Part shown: one piece after another, positions 21,625 through 32,929 of the stretch
How positions within the stretch are numbered: the first letter of the stretch is position 1
How the letters are laid out: every line of letters starts with the position of its first letter
IMG/VR virus record: IMGVR_UViG_3300036766_002289
Coordinates: 186,001 to 250,000 of that record
DNA: 64,000 nt
Direction: 5' to 3' (one strand)
Program-made: the position numbers and the translations under genes
The notes under the pieces: generated by a model
The model's input: only the letters and a program-made list of their open reading frames with translations
Told to the model about the DNA's origin: nothing
Database searches by the model: none

Positions 21625-22496
21625 TACATACAGGGGACAGACATGAAGCTTAATTACCAATTTTTCAATCGAACCAAAACTGTGCCGCCATTCCTGACCA
21701 AGCTCAATGAACGACTTTCTAGGTCGTGGGGGAGTTTGGGTAGCATTGGGATGAATGTTACTGAGAATTCCGATGGTTACGACATTATGTTTTTCCCAGC
21801 AGTAAGGGAAATTCATGGTGGGGCAATGGATGGGGAAAAATTTTTCCCAGGATTTAGTCTCAATATCGGAAAGTTTGTTCGGGTATTTGACAGGAATCCT
21901 GCTCCCAAGGTGGTTTTCGATTGTTTGCAGAATGGAGTCATTGACCATTTGGTATTCTCTGGTAAAATTGATGGGCATAATGTCAAGGTTGCAGTCCTTG
22001 CTGGTGCGCCGCCTACTCAGTCTCCTGTAGAACGGGTATATACACAAGGACCGAAAAAAGGTATGATTGAACCCATCTTGGAGGCGTAAATGAAAGAAAT
22101 AGATGATTTCTTTGCTGAACATGCAAGGAAAAACATGGAAGGCACGTTGACAGTCGGTGAGACTATTTTCGGATACTGTAGATTACTAGAAGGGATTCAT
22201 GCTGGCAAGGTTATCATTAAAACTTGTGCTAGGATTGATGACAAACCAATTATATTTTTTGCTAATGGACTAACATGGGCCTATGTTGATAGTCTTAAGG
22301 ATATACGTTGTGAGTGTGTTGGAGTTACTTTCTCGAAAGGCACTCATTCAATAGATCGAAGGCACGCCACTTGGTATAATGATAATCCAGGTGGACCACC
22401 GCAGTATTTTGATTGGTGATATAAAATGCTACATTATAACCTAATGCTATTAGGAGTGTTTCTACTCTTAATAGCCTATATTTGTTTAAGAAAGAA

Positions 22497-23138
22497 ATGA
22501 AAGACTATCCATCAATTCCGAAAGTTCTAAACGAACATATCAACTCTGATTGCATAGCCTTTCGGAAATACGACGGAAGCCAGATTCGTGTTGAATGGAC
22601 TAAAAAGAAAGGCTGGCATAAATTCGCCACCAGAGGCCAACTATTCGATGCTTCAGAGAAGACATTCGGCTGTGCTGTAGATATTTTTCGCAATATGTTC
22701 GTTGGAAATTTAACCCAAGTCATTGTTGGCGAGTATCCTAAAGCCACAGAAGTCCTAGCATTTCTAGAATTCTTCGGGCCACGTTCCTTTGCTGGAATGC
22801 ATGAACCTGATGATCCCAAAGAATTAGTCCTATTCGATATTAACATACATAAAAAAGGTATTTTAAGTCCAGTTGAGTTTGTCCAGAACTTTTCTCATCT
22901 TCGTTCTGCTGAGATTGTATATGAAGGTAAATTAACCGAAGGATTTATCAAAGACGTAAGGGATGGTGCCGTACCTAGCGAATCCGCTGACCGTCCACAT
23001 CCTCACATGCTTGATGAAGGCGTTGTTGTTAAGGGCGGAACTGGACACAAAATTTGGATGGCGAAAATTAAGACTTGGGAATATCTTAAAAAGATTCAGA
23101 AGTTTTTTGGGTCTACGTATGGCAGGTATTGGGAATGA
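22497..23138 (+). CDS. RNA ligase/nucleotidyltransferase-fold protein
   Basis: YPSI, KYDGSQ (motif I), EFFG, LFDI, EGVVVK, KIKT. Confidence 0.7.
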   Translation: MKDYPSIPKVLNEHINSDCIAFRKYDGSQIRVEWTKKKGWHKFATRGQLFDASEKTFGCAVDIFRNMFVGNLTQVIVGEYPKATEVLAFLEFFGPRSFAGMHEPDDPKELVLFDINIHKKGILSPVEFVQNFSHLRSAEIVYEGKLTEGFIKDVRDGAVPSESADRPHPHMLDEGVVVKGGTGHKIWMAKIKTWEYLKKIQKFFGSTYGRYWE

Positions 23139-26076
23139 AAAGTTTTCCGCAAAGTTGGATTCAGCCTGGTGAATTTAGTTGGTGTTATCGTTGTGGGGAA
23201 TACTTAACATGGAGTAAGGATGAACCCGACAACTCAAATTGGTGTGGTTATTGTAAGTATAGGATAGACATAGATGACATGTTATGTGGGATATGTGGCT
23301 TACCAGCAGTTATGTGGTTTATTCATGGTGCCCGTTGCGACGAACATAGTTTCCAAGAAAACCCAACAGATCAAGTTCTGGGAAAAATAACTTTTACTAT
23401 AATAAAGATTAGGTCCAATTTTCCATTTGAGGAAGCAGAGAAAGCAAAACAACAAACTGTTGAAATCCATAATAGATTGAAACAAGCAATGATAGATTTA
23501 GCTACAAATAGAAAAGACTTGCCCCCATTGTTTTGGATGAACAAACCATGTATTACCTAGACTGTTTTATTGAATCAGAGAAGAGTTTCCCCGTTAATAG
23601 TTATTACGACGCTGACCCTAAGTCTCTTGCAGAAGTGGGTGCAGATTTACTCTTAAGAAAAATGTCTGGAATTACTAGTATTACAATAAGCAAAGATACT
23701 AAAGGTGTGAGTCCAATAAGACTAATTCACAAAGTAATAGAAAGACCAATAAGATGACCAATGAAATGGTTAGAGGAGGTGAGAAATGGGAAGATTAATA
23801 ACGCCGATGTCTAAGGAAGAATATGAAAAACTCCCACCCCGACAGAAATGGATGGTGGATCATTCTTATCTAATAATGGGTTTTTTCATATTTGGTATGC
23901 TTTGTATGCTTTCTGCTATAGAATTTGTAATGTTTGTTTTCAGGGGATGGAAATGACAGACAATTACGTTCCTATTTGGGCCTGTAGTCAGTGGGGACAA
24001 TATGAACATGATTGGCTCGACTGTCCTGAATGTAACGAAGCTTATGAAAAATACCTGGAAGAGGGTGAAATGACGTTCCATGAAAAATTAATGTATCTAC
24101 GTGGACTGAGTGCGGCATATTTTACAGTTGAAGATTTAGGAACTTTATTGTTTAACCCTGTTAATTTAGTCCAACACGAATATGAAGAATATGTTTGTAA
24201 AATAGAAGAATTCTATGAAAAGCGTAAAGTTGCCGTTTTGGGATCGCATACATCAATTGAGAAATTTTTTGGCAAAATACAAGAGGCAAAATGAAGACGT
24301 ATATAAAAGAATGGCATAATTACGAGCGAACTATTCTAGCCGAACGCAAATGCGACCTTTGTGGTAAAATCGCAATGCGGGAAAAGGATTGGGGCGGTAG
24401 CTGCTATGATGTTAATGAAACTGAAATAACTGTTACTGTTAATCAGAAAAAAGGCTCAGAATACCCTGAAGGTGGTTCTGGCACCGCATATGAAGTTGAT
24501 TTATGCCCAGATTGTTTTAAGGATAAATTAATTCCCTGGCTCAATAGCCAAGGTGCAAATTTAAAAGAAAAGGATTGGGATTGGTAATTCATAATGGAGA
24601 ATGTATGTTAAACAAATATCAAATAAAAATAATTAATGAGTTCATGCAACCTGCTTGTACTTTACTGATGAGAAAAGATAACCTCCGTTGCAGCGTAACT
24701 GCCACCAGAGTAGTCTTTGATGTTCTCAGAAAGCATAATTTCAAAGTAACACCAATGGCTGTTGATGCAAGAGTATATAATCCCTTATACACTCAGAAGA
24801 TGCGTCCGCCAGAAACAGATGAAGAAGCTAATACTTGGTTAGAAGAAGGTTGTTGGAGTGTTGTTCTCGGCAATTCACCTAAAGTGGCTAATAAATGGCC
24901 TGGACATTTAGTTGCAATCGTCAATGACATATGTATAATTGACTTGGCAATTGTGCAGGCATATCGCCCTGACAAGAACATTATCGTCAATCCTGTATTT
25001 GCTGAGATTAATGAAGCATTTATCAATGGTGAAATTCAGCGTGGTGTAGACAATAATGGGTGTTTGATCGTTTATAAAACACTGCCAGAAAGCCAAGATT
25101 ACACCAAATACAAGGATTGGATTGATAAGAAGGCTATTGAAGGACTTGAAAAAGATATTGCACAGTTAATGCGACAGAATAAGAAATTCGTTGAAGCAAG
25201 GAAAGATTCTCCATTATTGAAGAACGAAAAGTTATTCAACCTGAAGGAAGGTGCGGAAGTTGCAGTCCCAATTCCACAAAGAACTGAAGAAGAGAAAGAA
25301 GTTGAAAAAGTCGTCTGCTCTCACTGCGTCGGGCACAAAGACTTGTTCTGTAACTGCCCCATCTGTCAAGGACATAAGCCCGTTCAATGCGGGGATGGCG
25401 TTGATGAAAATGTCCAGTGCAATGGATGAACTTGTATGGGCAAGCATGGGATATAAGCCTTCAGAATTCAACAATCTCACACATTTCATTGCTCGAATGG
25501 CATTGATTGTTCAGGTAGGACCGAGAAACACTGCGGCCAAAAAAGAACTTAAAATGCTACTAGATACTTATGAGGAGAAATACTCATGGATGGACGAAAT
25601 CTAGATAAAGAAACTTTCCGTTCTTATATTAAGAAGTTCTTAGCAAGGAAGCTACCAGATGTAGCCCTTTTTATCCATCACGAAATTGCGGATCATATTG
25701 TTGACGAAGTAATTTTCATCAATTATGAGGACATAACCGATGACACCAAAAGAACTTAGAGCGTTGGCAGACAAATTGGAACAAGAAGAAAAAATGGTCA
25801 AGGTAGGCTATGCAAAAGAAGATTTATATAATTTTGACGGACCTGGACCTGGAATTACTTATCATAGGGGATGGGGTGATTTCTGGCTACAGACAGGGAA
25901 AAAGAAAAACCTACTTATAGAAGACTTCATTAGTTCCTTTGCCCTTGTTATCCCTAAAGGCACTAAGTTTGTATGTTATATTAGGAATGGCAAAGAACTG
26001 TGGTATGATGATATCAACTACGGGATAGAAAACATGGATTCTAAATGGGCAGAAAAATACTTGGAGAATATAACTA

Positions 26077-26706
26077 ATGTTTGAATTATTTACTGATAGA
26101 GCTAGAAAAGTGGTCACGTTAGCCAGAGAAGAAGCTTTCAAATTTAATTTTGAATATGTGGGTACTGAACATATTCTAGCAGGCTTACTCAAAGAGAACA
26201 CTGGTGTCGCACACCATGTCCTTGAAGCACTTGGAATTAGTATTGGCAAAATTCACTTGGAAATAGAAAAAATTGTTCAACCCCCTGGTGATGTTGAAGT
26301 TGATAGAGAAAGACTTGCCTTCTCGCCAAGAGCAAGGAACGTTTTCACTTATGCTGTGGATGAGGCTAAATTATTAGGGCATACATACATTGGCACCGAA
26401 CATATTCTGCTAGGTTTGTTAAGAGAAGATAGCAGTACTGCTGGACAAATCCTACTAAACTTAGGCATTAATCTAAAAGAAACTCGTGCTGCCGTCTTAG
26501 AACTACTAGGCTTTACTGACGAACGGTATGAATTTGAACAAGTTTATAGTAATGGTGGCGACCTTTACAATGTAGTAAAGATTTTGTCCAATGGCGTTAA
26601 GGAACATATGGCTTTTTATGACAACAAAAATAAGAAGATAAGTGTTCCAAAAGCTGTAGACTTGGATGATTTGGGTAAGATTATTAACGCTATAAGGAAC
26701 CTATGA
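26077..26706 (+). CDS. Stand-alone ClpC/ClpA N-terminal (Clp_N repeat) domain protein
   Basis: MFELFTDRARKVV.LAREEA...GTEHILAGLL; second repeat FSPRAR...YIGTEHILLGLLRE; no AAA domain. Confidence 0.9.
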   Translation: MFELFTDRARKVVTLAREEAFKFNFEYVGTEHILAGLLKENTGVAHHVLEALGISIGKIHLEIEKIVQPPGDVEVDRERLAFSPRARNVFTYAVDEAKLLGHTYIGTEHILLGLLREDSSTAGQILLNLGINLKETRAAVLELLGFTDERYEFEQVYSNGGDLYNVVKILSNGVKEHMAFYDNKNKKISVPKAVDLDDLGKIINAIRNL

Positions 26707-26959
26707 TAACAGTAGATGATTTCAAAAAATTGATGAATTTAGAAACTGGATTATACGGCAAGTATAAAATCTTCATCAATGATGAAGAAATAGATGGTCT
26801 AAGGTATGATGAAGACCCATACCAAGACGTAATTGGGCAAGATATTAGATGCACTTTCGTATTCGCAAATGACAAGTATCTAATAACACATTACTTAAAT
26901 GATTACAAAGATAGCGATTGGACTGTAAGACAAAATATAGATATTGACTGGAGAAATTT

Positions 26960-27397
26960 ATGAATTGTAAGCAATTATTGGACCTAATAGCTGGAGAATT
27001 AGATTTTCAAATTAAAATTATGTTGCCAGATGGCAAATTTGTCCCAGAACATTTCCATATTACAGAAATAGGCATTGTAGAAAAAAATTTCATTGACTGT
27101 GGCGGAATAAAAAGATCACAAACTTGCGTAGTATTACAAGTTTGGGTTGCGCATGATACAGAACACCGTCTTACAAGGTTGAAATTAAATAAAATTTTAT
27201 CTATGGTAACATCACTAAGTCAACCACATCATAGATTTTACGCTGATGCATATCCTATTGAAATTGAATACGGCGCAGACCTAGTTTCACAGTATCCAGT
27301 AAAAGATGTTGAACTAACAGATGATAATGAATTATTATTCGTTCTTGGTGGCAAGCGAACAGAATGCCTGGCCCCTGATAAATGTGGATGTGCATGA
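26960..27397 (+). CDS. DUF6428-like protein
   Basis: VPEHFHITEIG...FIDCGG...LQVWVA.D.EHRL...TECLAPDKCG. Confidence 0.65.
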   Translation: MNCKQLLDLIAGELDFQIKIMLPDGKFVPEHFHITEIGIVEKNFIDCGGIKRSQTCVVLQVWVAHDTEHRLTRLKLNKILSMVTSLSQPHHRFYADAYPIEIEYGADLVSQYPVKDVELTDDNELLFVLGGKRTECLAPDKCGCA

Positions 27398-27602
27398 GGT
27401 TTAACATGATAAGAAACCCCGCTATTTGCCTTTTCTGTGATGGCAGAGGTCGCATCCTAACGATTTGGAAAAAGATAAAGCCGATGGGATTAATGTCCAT
27501 TGTTTTGCGAGACAACCCAGAGGTAATTAATTGTCCTTTGGGATGTGCAGTTAATGGAGAGCCACTAGACTTAACAAGCCAATCCTGGGAACATAAACCA
27601 CA

Positions 27603-27968
27603 ATGATAGTAGTGCCAGCTAAAGTGATGCCTAGCCAAATACACGAATACGGTGTATTTGCCATTTCCCCTATAATTAAAGGGACCGTCATATGGTTTTA
27701 CTGTTATCCACCTGACTTTCGTATCAAAGTTATTCCACCAGAAATGCAATTCTTTGCTGATCGTTACGCTTATAAGCCAATAGGTAAAGATTATTATGAA
27801 TTTGCTGGTGATATAGCAATGTATATTAATCATTCATCAAGTCCTAACATTTCTCATCTTGACGACGGCAGAAGTATTGCTAATAAAGACATTGCAATAG
27901 GCGAAGAATTAACGTATAATTACTTTGAGTTTGATAGTGACCCAGAAAGTGGTGGTAAACTAATATGA
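27603..27968 (+). CDS. SET domain protein (lysine methyltransferase fold)
   Basis: S.IH.YGVFA, YINHSSSPN, DIAIGEELTYNY. Confidence 0.9.
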   Translation: MIVVPAKVMPSQIHEYGVFAISPIIKGTVIWFYCYPPDFRIKVIPPEMQFFADRYAYKPIGKDYYEFAGDIAMYINHSSSPNISHLDDGRSIANKDIAIGEELTYNYFEFDSDPESGGKLI

Positions 27969-28590
27969 GTCTTAAAGATGCTGCACATAAACTACACAAA
28001 CAACTAAGTATAAAGCCTTGGTTTGCGATGCTTGGTGAAGGTAAGGATAAAATCATAGTTTATACTAAAAAGAAAATTAAACAGGATATATTCGAATTTG
28101 AAGGCTTTGAAGTGATATATCGCTACATGGGCAAAGTTAAACCAGCAGGTACATCATGAAACGTAAAGTAACCAGAAGCAAAGTTTACAGAGTTATAAGA
28201 AAACTACTTAAAACCTCTACCCCTGAAGACATAGCCAGCGACTTCCTTGAGCAAGTTACATTCGAGAAGTTATTAAAAATCTTCTGTAATCAGTGTGTAT
28301 TCAAATCTCACTCAGATCATAATAAAGCCAGACAAAAAACATGGTATGGAATGGCTCGCCTGTTCCATCGTGCAATGGATGAATTAAAGCTTGAAAAAGA
28401 AAAGAAATCTATCTTCAAGATATCTAAGTGCGAAGTCTACCAGTGTAAGTGCAAAAAGAAATTCTATGTTGACCCATTGAGTGAGAAGAATTGCATATTT
28501 GAAGTGGATCGTGGAGTAGTAGTGGTGACTTGTCCGCAATGTGGAAAATCGGAGTGAATCAATACATATTATAAACGTAATAGGAGGATA

Positions 28591-29082
28591 ATGATTTATT
28601 CAGAATATAAAGCATTGCAGAAACTTATACCAACAGGGGCAGATATCGAAGGTCCATTCTTCAAGCCCAATTCTCCACTATTGTCCACGTTAACCGTTGA
28701 ATACACTTTAACATTATCTGGAACGGTTAAAGATACTGATGGTAATTTATTAACAGGTATTAAACTAGATTTTTGGCAAGCTGACGCTGCTGGTATCTAT
28801 GACAATGATGGTTTTTATCTGCGTGGCCATCAATTGTCGGATCAAGATGGTAAGTATAGCCTAAATACAATTAGACCAGGACATTATCCCATTGGACCAA
28901 ATGAATATCGTTGCTCACATATCCATGTTAAATTGTCAGCGAATGGTTATAAATCATTAACAACACAACTCTACTTTACTGATGATAGTTTTGACGCTCA
29001 AGACCATTGGTTTGATGCAAAACGTTGTTTTAAACCTGATAATATATTTGATTTTGTGCTAGAAAAACTACCTACTGCATGA
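28591..29082 (+). CDS. Intradiol ring-cleavage dioxygenase-like protein
   Basis: EGPFF, DFWQADAAGIYD, LRG, TIRPGHY, RCSHIHVK, LTTQLYF. Confidence 0.85.
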   Translation: MIYSEYKALQKLIPTGADIEGPFFKPNSPLLSTLTVEYTLTLSGTVKDTDGNLLTGIKLDFWQADAAGIYDNDGFYLRGHQLSDQDGKYSLNTIRPGHYPIGPNEYRCSHIHVKLSANGYKSLTTQLYFTDDSFDAQDHWFDAKRCFKPDNIFDFVLEKLPTA

Positions 29083-29285
29083 GCAAAATATACGAAGCAG
29101 TGGAAAAACGAATGCCTAATGGCAGACTTGCTTACGGGTTTCATAGAGTTTTGTTAGTTGACGAATGGGCATATCCCTTTGGAGCATGGGTATGCCAAGA
29201 TTGCGGCAAGAGATGGCTTGCACGTCCTGATTGTTTTAATGCAATTAGAGAGGATAGAGTCTGTAATGAAAGTATATGTGGCTGA
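29079..29285 (+). CDS. Small Cys-containing protein, paralog A
   Basis: MPNGRLAYGFHR...FGAWVCQDCGKRW. Confidence 0.65.
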   Translation: MSKIYEAVEKRMPNGRLAYGFHRVLLVDEWAYPFGAWVCQDCGKRWLARPDCFNAIREDRVCNESICG

Positions 29286-29469
29286 ATCATGTGAAACAAT
29301 GCCCGATGGTTCACTAGCATTTGGCTTCCATAGATGTAATTTAATCATGAATGACCCACTCTACAAGTTCGGAGCTTGGGTATGCCAGGATTGTGGCAAG
29401 AAATGGCAGGCAGATGCCTCCAAACACACCTTTAATTCAATGAGAGAAGATCATGTCTGTAACACATAA
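29266..29469 (+). CDS. Small Cys-containing protein, paralog B
   Basis: MPDGSLAFGFHR...FGAWVCQDCGKKW. Confidence 0.65.
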   Translation: MKVYVAESCETMPDGSLAFGFHRCNLIMNDPLYKFGAWVCQDCGKKWQADASKHTFNSMREDHVCNT

Positions 29470-29891
29470 CTGCGAGAATCCTACATGTGGCGGACCTAAA
29501 AAAGGTCCAAGATCATACGAATTATCCTCACCATTTCCTATTTATTGGAATTTTTGTGATAGTTGTAGAAGTTTTGTTATTGGTGAAATTACCGCCAAGT
29601 TAGAAGATAAAAGAGATGAAGCCAAAATTCTATATAATAGGCTATTAGAGCAACACCCAATATTAGGTAATCTAATGGGTAAATTCTATTATAATAGATT
29701 TGGAGGTAAATTATGTGTTGTGGAAGGGGAAAAAGACCAGTTAGAAACACAGGAAGAAGCAGATTGATAAAAAAACAGCAGCAAGAAAAGATGCTTCTTG
29801 CTGCTGTTCCAGAAGTGCCCGATGTGCCAAGGCAAGAAACAGATTCTAATAAATCTGACGAACAAAAGCAAGACCAACCCTAAATATTTGC

Positions 29892-32057
29892 ATGTGGTTT
29901 GAGTTTTCTTTTCGTAAATGGGTATTAACCGAAGGTGTCAATACCGCCGTTCTAGCTGCACAATATAAGAAGAAATTCCCTCAAGCCCCTGACCAAGAAG
30001 CCAACGACAAAATCAATTTAGCCATCGCTGCCGATCCAACTCCCGATAAGAAGTATGTTCCTTGGATTTTCCGTGAACTTATCAATAATAGACTAAGATT
30101 GCCAGAAGATACTCCAGTTACTCTTCAACAATTAGATATATTTAATAAGAGCAAAGCAGTCTTAAAAGGACTTGGTAAAGAACTGGATATCAATAAATAC
30201 GACCGTCCACAACTCTGGCAGACTCTTGGCGAAATTGAAGGCAAGACTACTAAACGTCAAGAAAAAGCAAAAATTAAGCAAGAAGGCTCAGAAAGAATAT
30301 ATGAAGATAAGGAATGGTTGGTCATAAAAATGACTAAACCTGAAGCTTGTCAATATTATGCTAAAGGTACAAAATGGTGTACCTCCGACCCTGAAACTGC
30401 TGCTGGCTATCTAGAGCAAGGCCCATTATTCATGATTTATCATAATGGGCAAATATATGCGCAGGCTCATGTTGAGAGTGGCCAGTTAATGGACCCGCAG
30501 GATGTTCCAATACCACCTAATAAAGTCCCAGAAAAATTAAGGGACATTATAATGAACAACGTTCACCAACAGGACGAAGATGATGATACTTTCAGGGGAA
30601 AAAGAAATCAACTTTTTGGCATTAAAGAAAAGGTTATAACTTATCCAGATGGCTTTTATTGGGGCACTTCAGACCATAAAGATTTTTCTTTAATAGACCC
30701 TTCTGGCTCAGATGAAGTTAACTTAATGATAAGAGACGGATATCTCTATGTAGAAAGACCAAAAGATAAAGACCTAGAAGCCATGCTAAGCAAAAAAGGT
30801 AGTTTAAAAGACTCACTAGCTTCATATAGAACAGCTTCTGCGTGGAATAAATATATCGTCGATTTCATACTAAAAAATAAAGAAATTAGAAATATAAATA
30901 TCATTAGAAATGATTGGAATTTTGGCGACCTGTCCGAGGAAGATAGAAATAAGATATTCACCGCAAGAAAAGACTTAATGCCAGAAATTGATTTTAAGAC
31001 TTCAGACGGCAAATTATGGGCACATCAAGGTTTAAGATCGTATGTATTGTTATCCGATTGGTATCCAATACTTTCTATGCAATTAGAGACTAAAAACTAT
31101 TTAAATTATGGAAACTGGCTAAATCAGCCTAAATCTCAAATATTGAAAGATGAAGCACTTGATAAATCCAAATATAGCTTAGCAACAACGGAATTTTTAC
31201 TAAAAAACAAGATAGAACACGCTCCAGATAGAAATACAAAGCATTATAACAGTTGGAAATTTGAAGATTTAATGCCTGAGCATCGCGCAATTATACTAAA
31301 GAATTATCCAGATTTCTTAGATAATCTGACTTACCACACTAAAGAATCTGGCGATCAAGGTGAATTATTAAAAAGATTAGCCTCAAATAGTAGTTTTTAT
31401 GATATTAAACCATTTGATGACAAAACAGTGATTTTAAGACAAAATGATACAATTGCTAAAGACTCTTTAACCACTGGTGGTAGTGGTAGCTCATACTACA
31501 GTGGCACTCTGACAAATATCATAGGTGGCAGGGATGAGAGAGCAAAAATCATAAAAATACTGCGAGATAAAGTACATTCATTTGGAGATGATGAAACCAT
31601 TTCTTGGGGATTTGAAAAAGCTTTGAAAGATAACGACTTAGCAAAAATTAAAAGAGAACTACCCTTTTTTGATACCAATTTATTAGATAAAATAGACAAG
31701 AAATCTTTTAATGTGTCTTCATCCCTGGCTAATTCAATCGGTAAACATGTTTTATCTAAATTCATGGAAATTTTATACAATGACATTAAGCCCTTCGAGA
31801 ATCATAAATTTAAAATAAGGTTAAAAGATAATGCCATTCATTATGTTGTAAATTACGATAGTGCCATAGAAGCTTATAAGCAAGATAAGAGTTTGAAACC
31901 ACTTGAAAATGAATATCTAGCATGGAAAAATACGATCAAAATACCACCCGAAACTCTAGAACAACAAACAACAAATATTCCTAGAGGAATGGATAAAGAA
32001 GCGTTTGTTAATGGAATAAAGGACTATCACAGAAATAATTATGAGTTCGTATATTAA
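29892..32057 (+). CDS. Large hypothetical protein (721 aa), candidate head-internal protein
   Basis: Long ORF; DPT..KKY..W and YYAKGTKWCTS motifs; N-terminus FSFRKWVLTE; CTAAATA upstream. Confidence 0.6.
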   Translation: MWFEFSFRKWVLTEGVNTAVLAAQYKKKFPQAPDQEANDKINLAIAADPTPDKKYVPWIFRELINNRLRLPEDTPVTLQQLDIFNKSKAVLKGLGKELDINKYDRPQLWQTLGEIEGKTTKRQEKAKIKQEGSERIYEDKEWLVIKMTKPEACQYYAKGTKWCTSDPETAAGYLEQGPLFMIYHNGQIYAQAHVESGQLMDPQDVPIPPNKVPEKLRDIIMNNVHQQDEDDDTFRGKRNQLFGIKEKVITYPDGFYWGTSDHKDFSLIDPSGSDEVNLMIRDGYLYVERPKDKDLEAMLSKKGSLKDSLASYRTASAWNKYIVDFILKNKEIRNINIIRNDWNFGDLSEEDRNKIFTARKDLMPEIDFKTSDGKLWAHQGLRSYVLLSDWYPILSMQLETKNYLNYGNWLNQPKSQILKDEALDKSKYSLATTEFLLKNKIEHAPDRNTKHYNSWKFEDLMPEHRAIILKNYPDFLDNLTYHTKESGDQGELLKRLASNSSFYDIKPFDDKTVILRQNDTIAKDSLTTGGSGSSYYSGTLTNIIGGRDERAKIIKILRDKVHSFGDDETISWGFEKALKDNDLAKIKRELPFFDTNLLDKIDKKSFNVSSSLANSIGKHVLSKFMEILYNDIKPFENHKFKIRLKDNAIHYVVNYDSAIEAYKQDKSLKPLENEYLAWKNTIKIPPETLEQQTTNIPRGMDKEAFVNGIKDYHRNNYEFVY

Positions 32058-32077
32058 GCTTGTCTACTAAATAATAT

Positions 32078-32923
32078 ATGTTAGATTTCCGTAGTTTTGT
32101 AGAAATGCCTATACAGGTTAACCTGTTAGGCAATTGGCAAGATAAAGACAAAACTTACCGTTGGGATAAGCCAAGTATCGGTATTTTAACATCTCCAGTC
32201 GGAGTAGAGAAAATTACTCAAAAATGGAGTAAGCTACCACAGCAATTCAACGCTTGGATGCTTAAAGGACCAGGAGCTTCAAAATATAGAGAAGTTGGCG
32301 AAGTTCAACCTGAATTCATAACTAATAATTTAAAATTGAAAATAGTTCCTAATCCACAAAAGCCTGATGAAATTAGTATTGACCCCAACGCTATAAACGT
32401 GATATATACACAAAATGTAGGTGCTGAGAAGGTTCCTTTTACGGCTTGGTTAATAGCCCACCGTTTTGGTCATGCAATTAAGAATGACCAAGTTTTCAAG
32501 CATTTATCCACAGAACTAGAAAGAGATGTAAAAGAAATAATGCAAAGCATGTTCGGCAGACAACCATCTAAATCTAGTTGGGGTGGCTATGATTCTAAAG
32601 GTTATAAGTTCCTCACACAATTCGTAAATGCTTTGGGGACAATGGGTTCTGCTAGAAAGGGTGCGATAAGGACATTCTTTGAGTTTCCTTATGAATTATT
32701 GGCACAATTCATGCTCACTGGTAAGATTAGGTTTAATCGTCTTCCATTTAAAATATTAGACTATTATACTTGGGGCAGACCACAATATATTAGACCACAA
32801 TGGGCGTTGAAAGAAGATGATTTTGAGCGATGGAATGGTTATATTTCCCATATGGAAGAGAAATATCAACAACTTTTAGAAGAAATTGTTGAGCGTTGTG
32901 TTGGACATATTTTTGTTATGTGA
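32078..32923 (+). CDS. Hypothetical protein, candidate head-internal protein
   Basis: N-terminus MLDFRSFVE; CTAAATA 4 nt upstream; AHRFGH motif. Confidence 0.5.
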   Translation: MLDFRSFVEMPIQVNLLGNWQDKDKTYRWDKPSIGILTSPVGVEKITQKWSKLPQQFNAWMLKGPGASKYREVGEVQPEFITNNLKLKIVPNPQKPDEISIDPNAINVIYTQNVGAEKVPFTAWLIAHRFGHAIKNDQVFKHLSTELERDVKEIMQSMFGRQPSKSSWGGYDSKGYKFLTQFVNALGTMGSARKGAIRTFFEFPYELLAQFMLTGKIRFNRLPFKILDYYTWGRPQYIRPQWALKEDDFERWNGYISHMEEKYQQLLEEIVERCVGHIFVM

Positions 32924-32929
32924 AATAAT

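Noticed and set aside
2381-24588. Similar TGGGAYTGGTAAT junctions at about 2383 and 24576
   Set aside because: 22 kb apart and explained by two proteins ending in WDW-stop; not enough evidence for a cassette boundary
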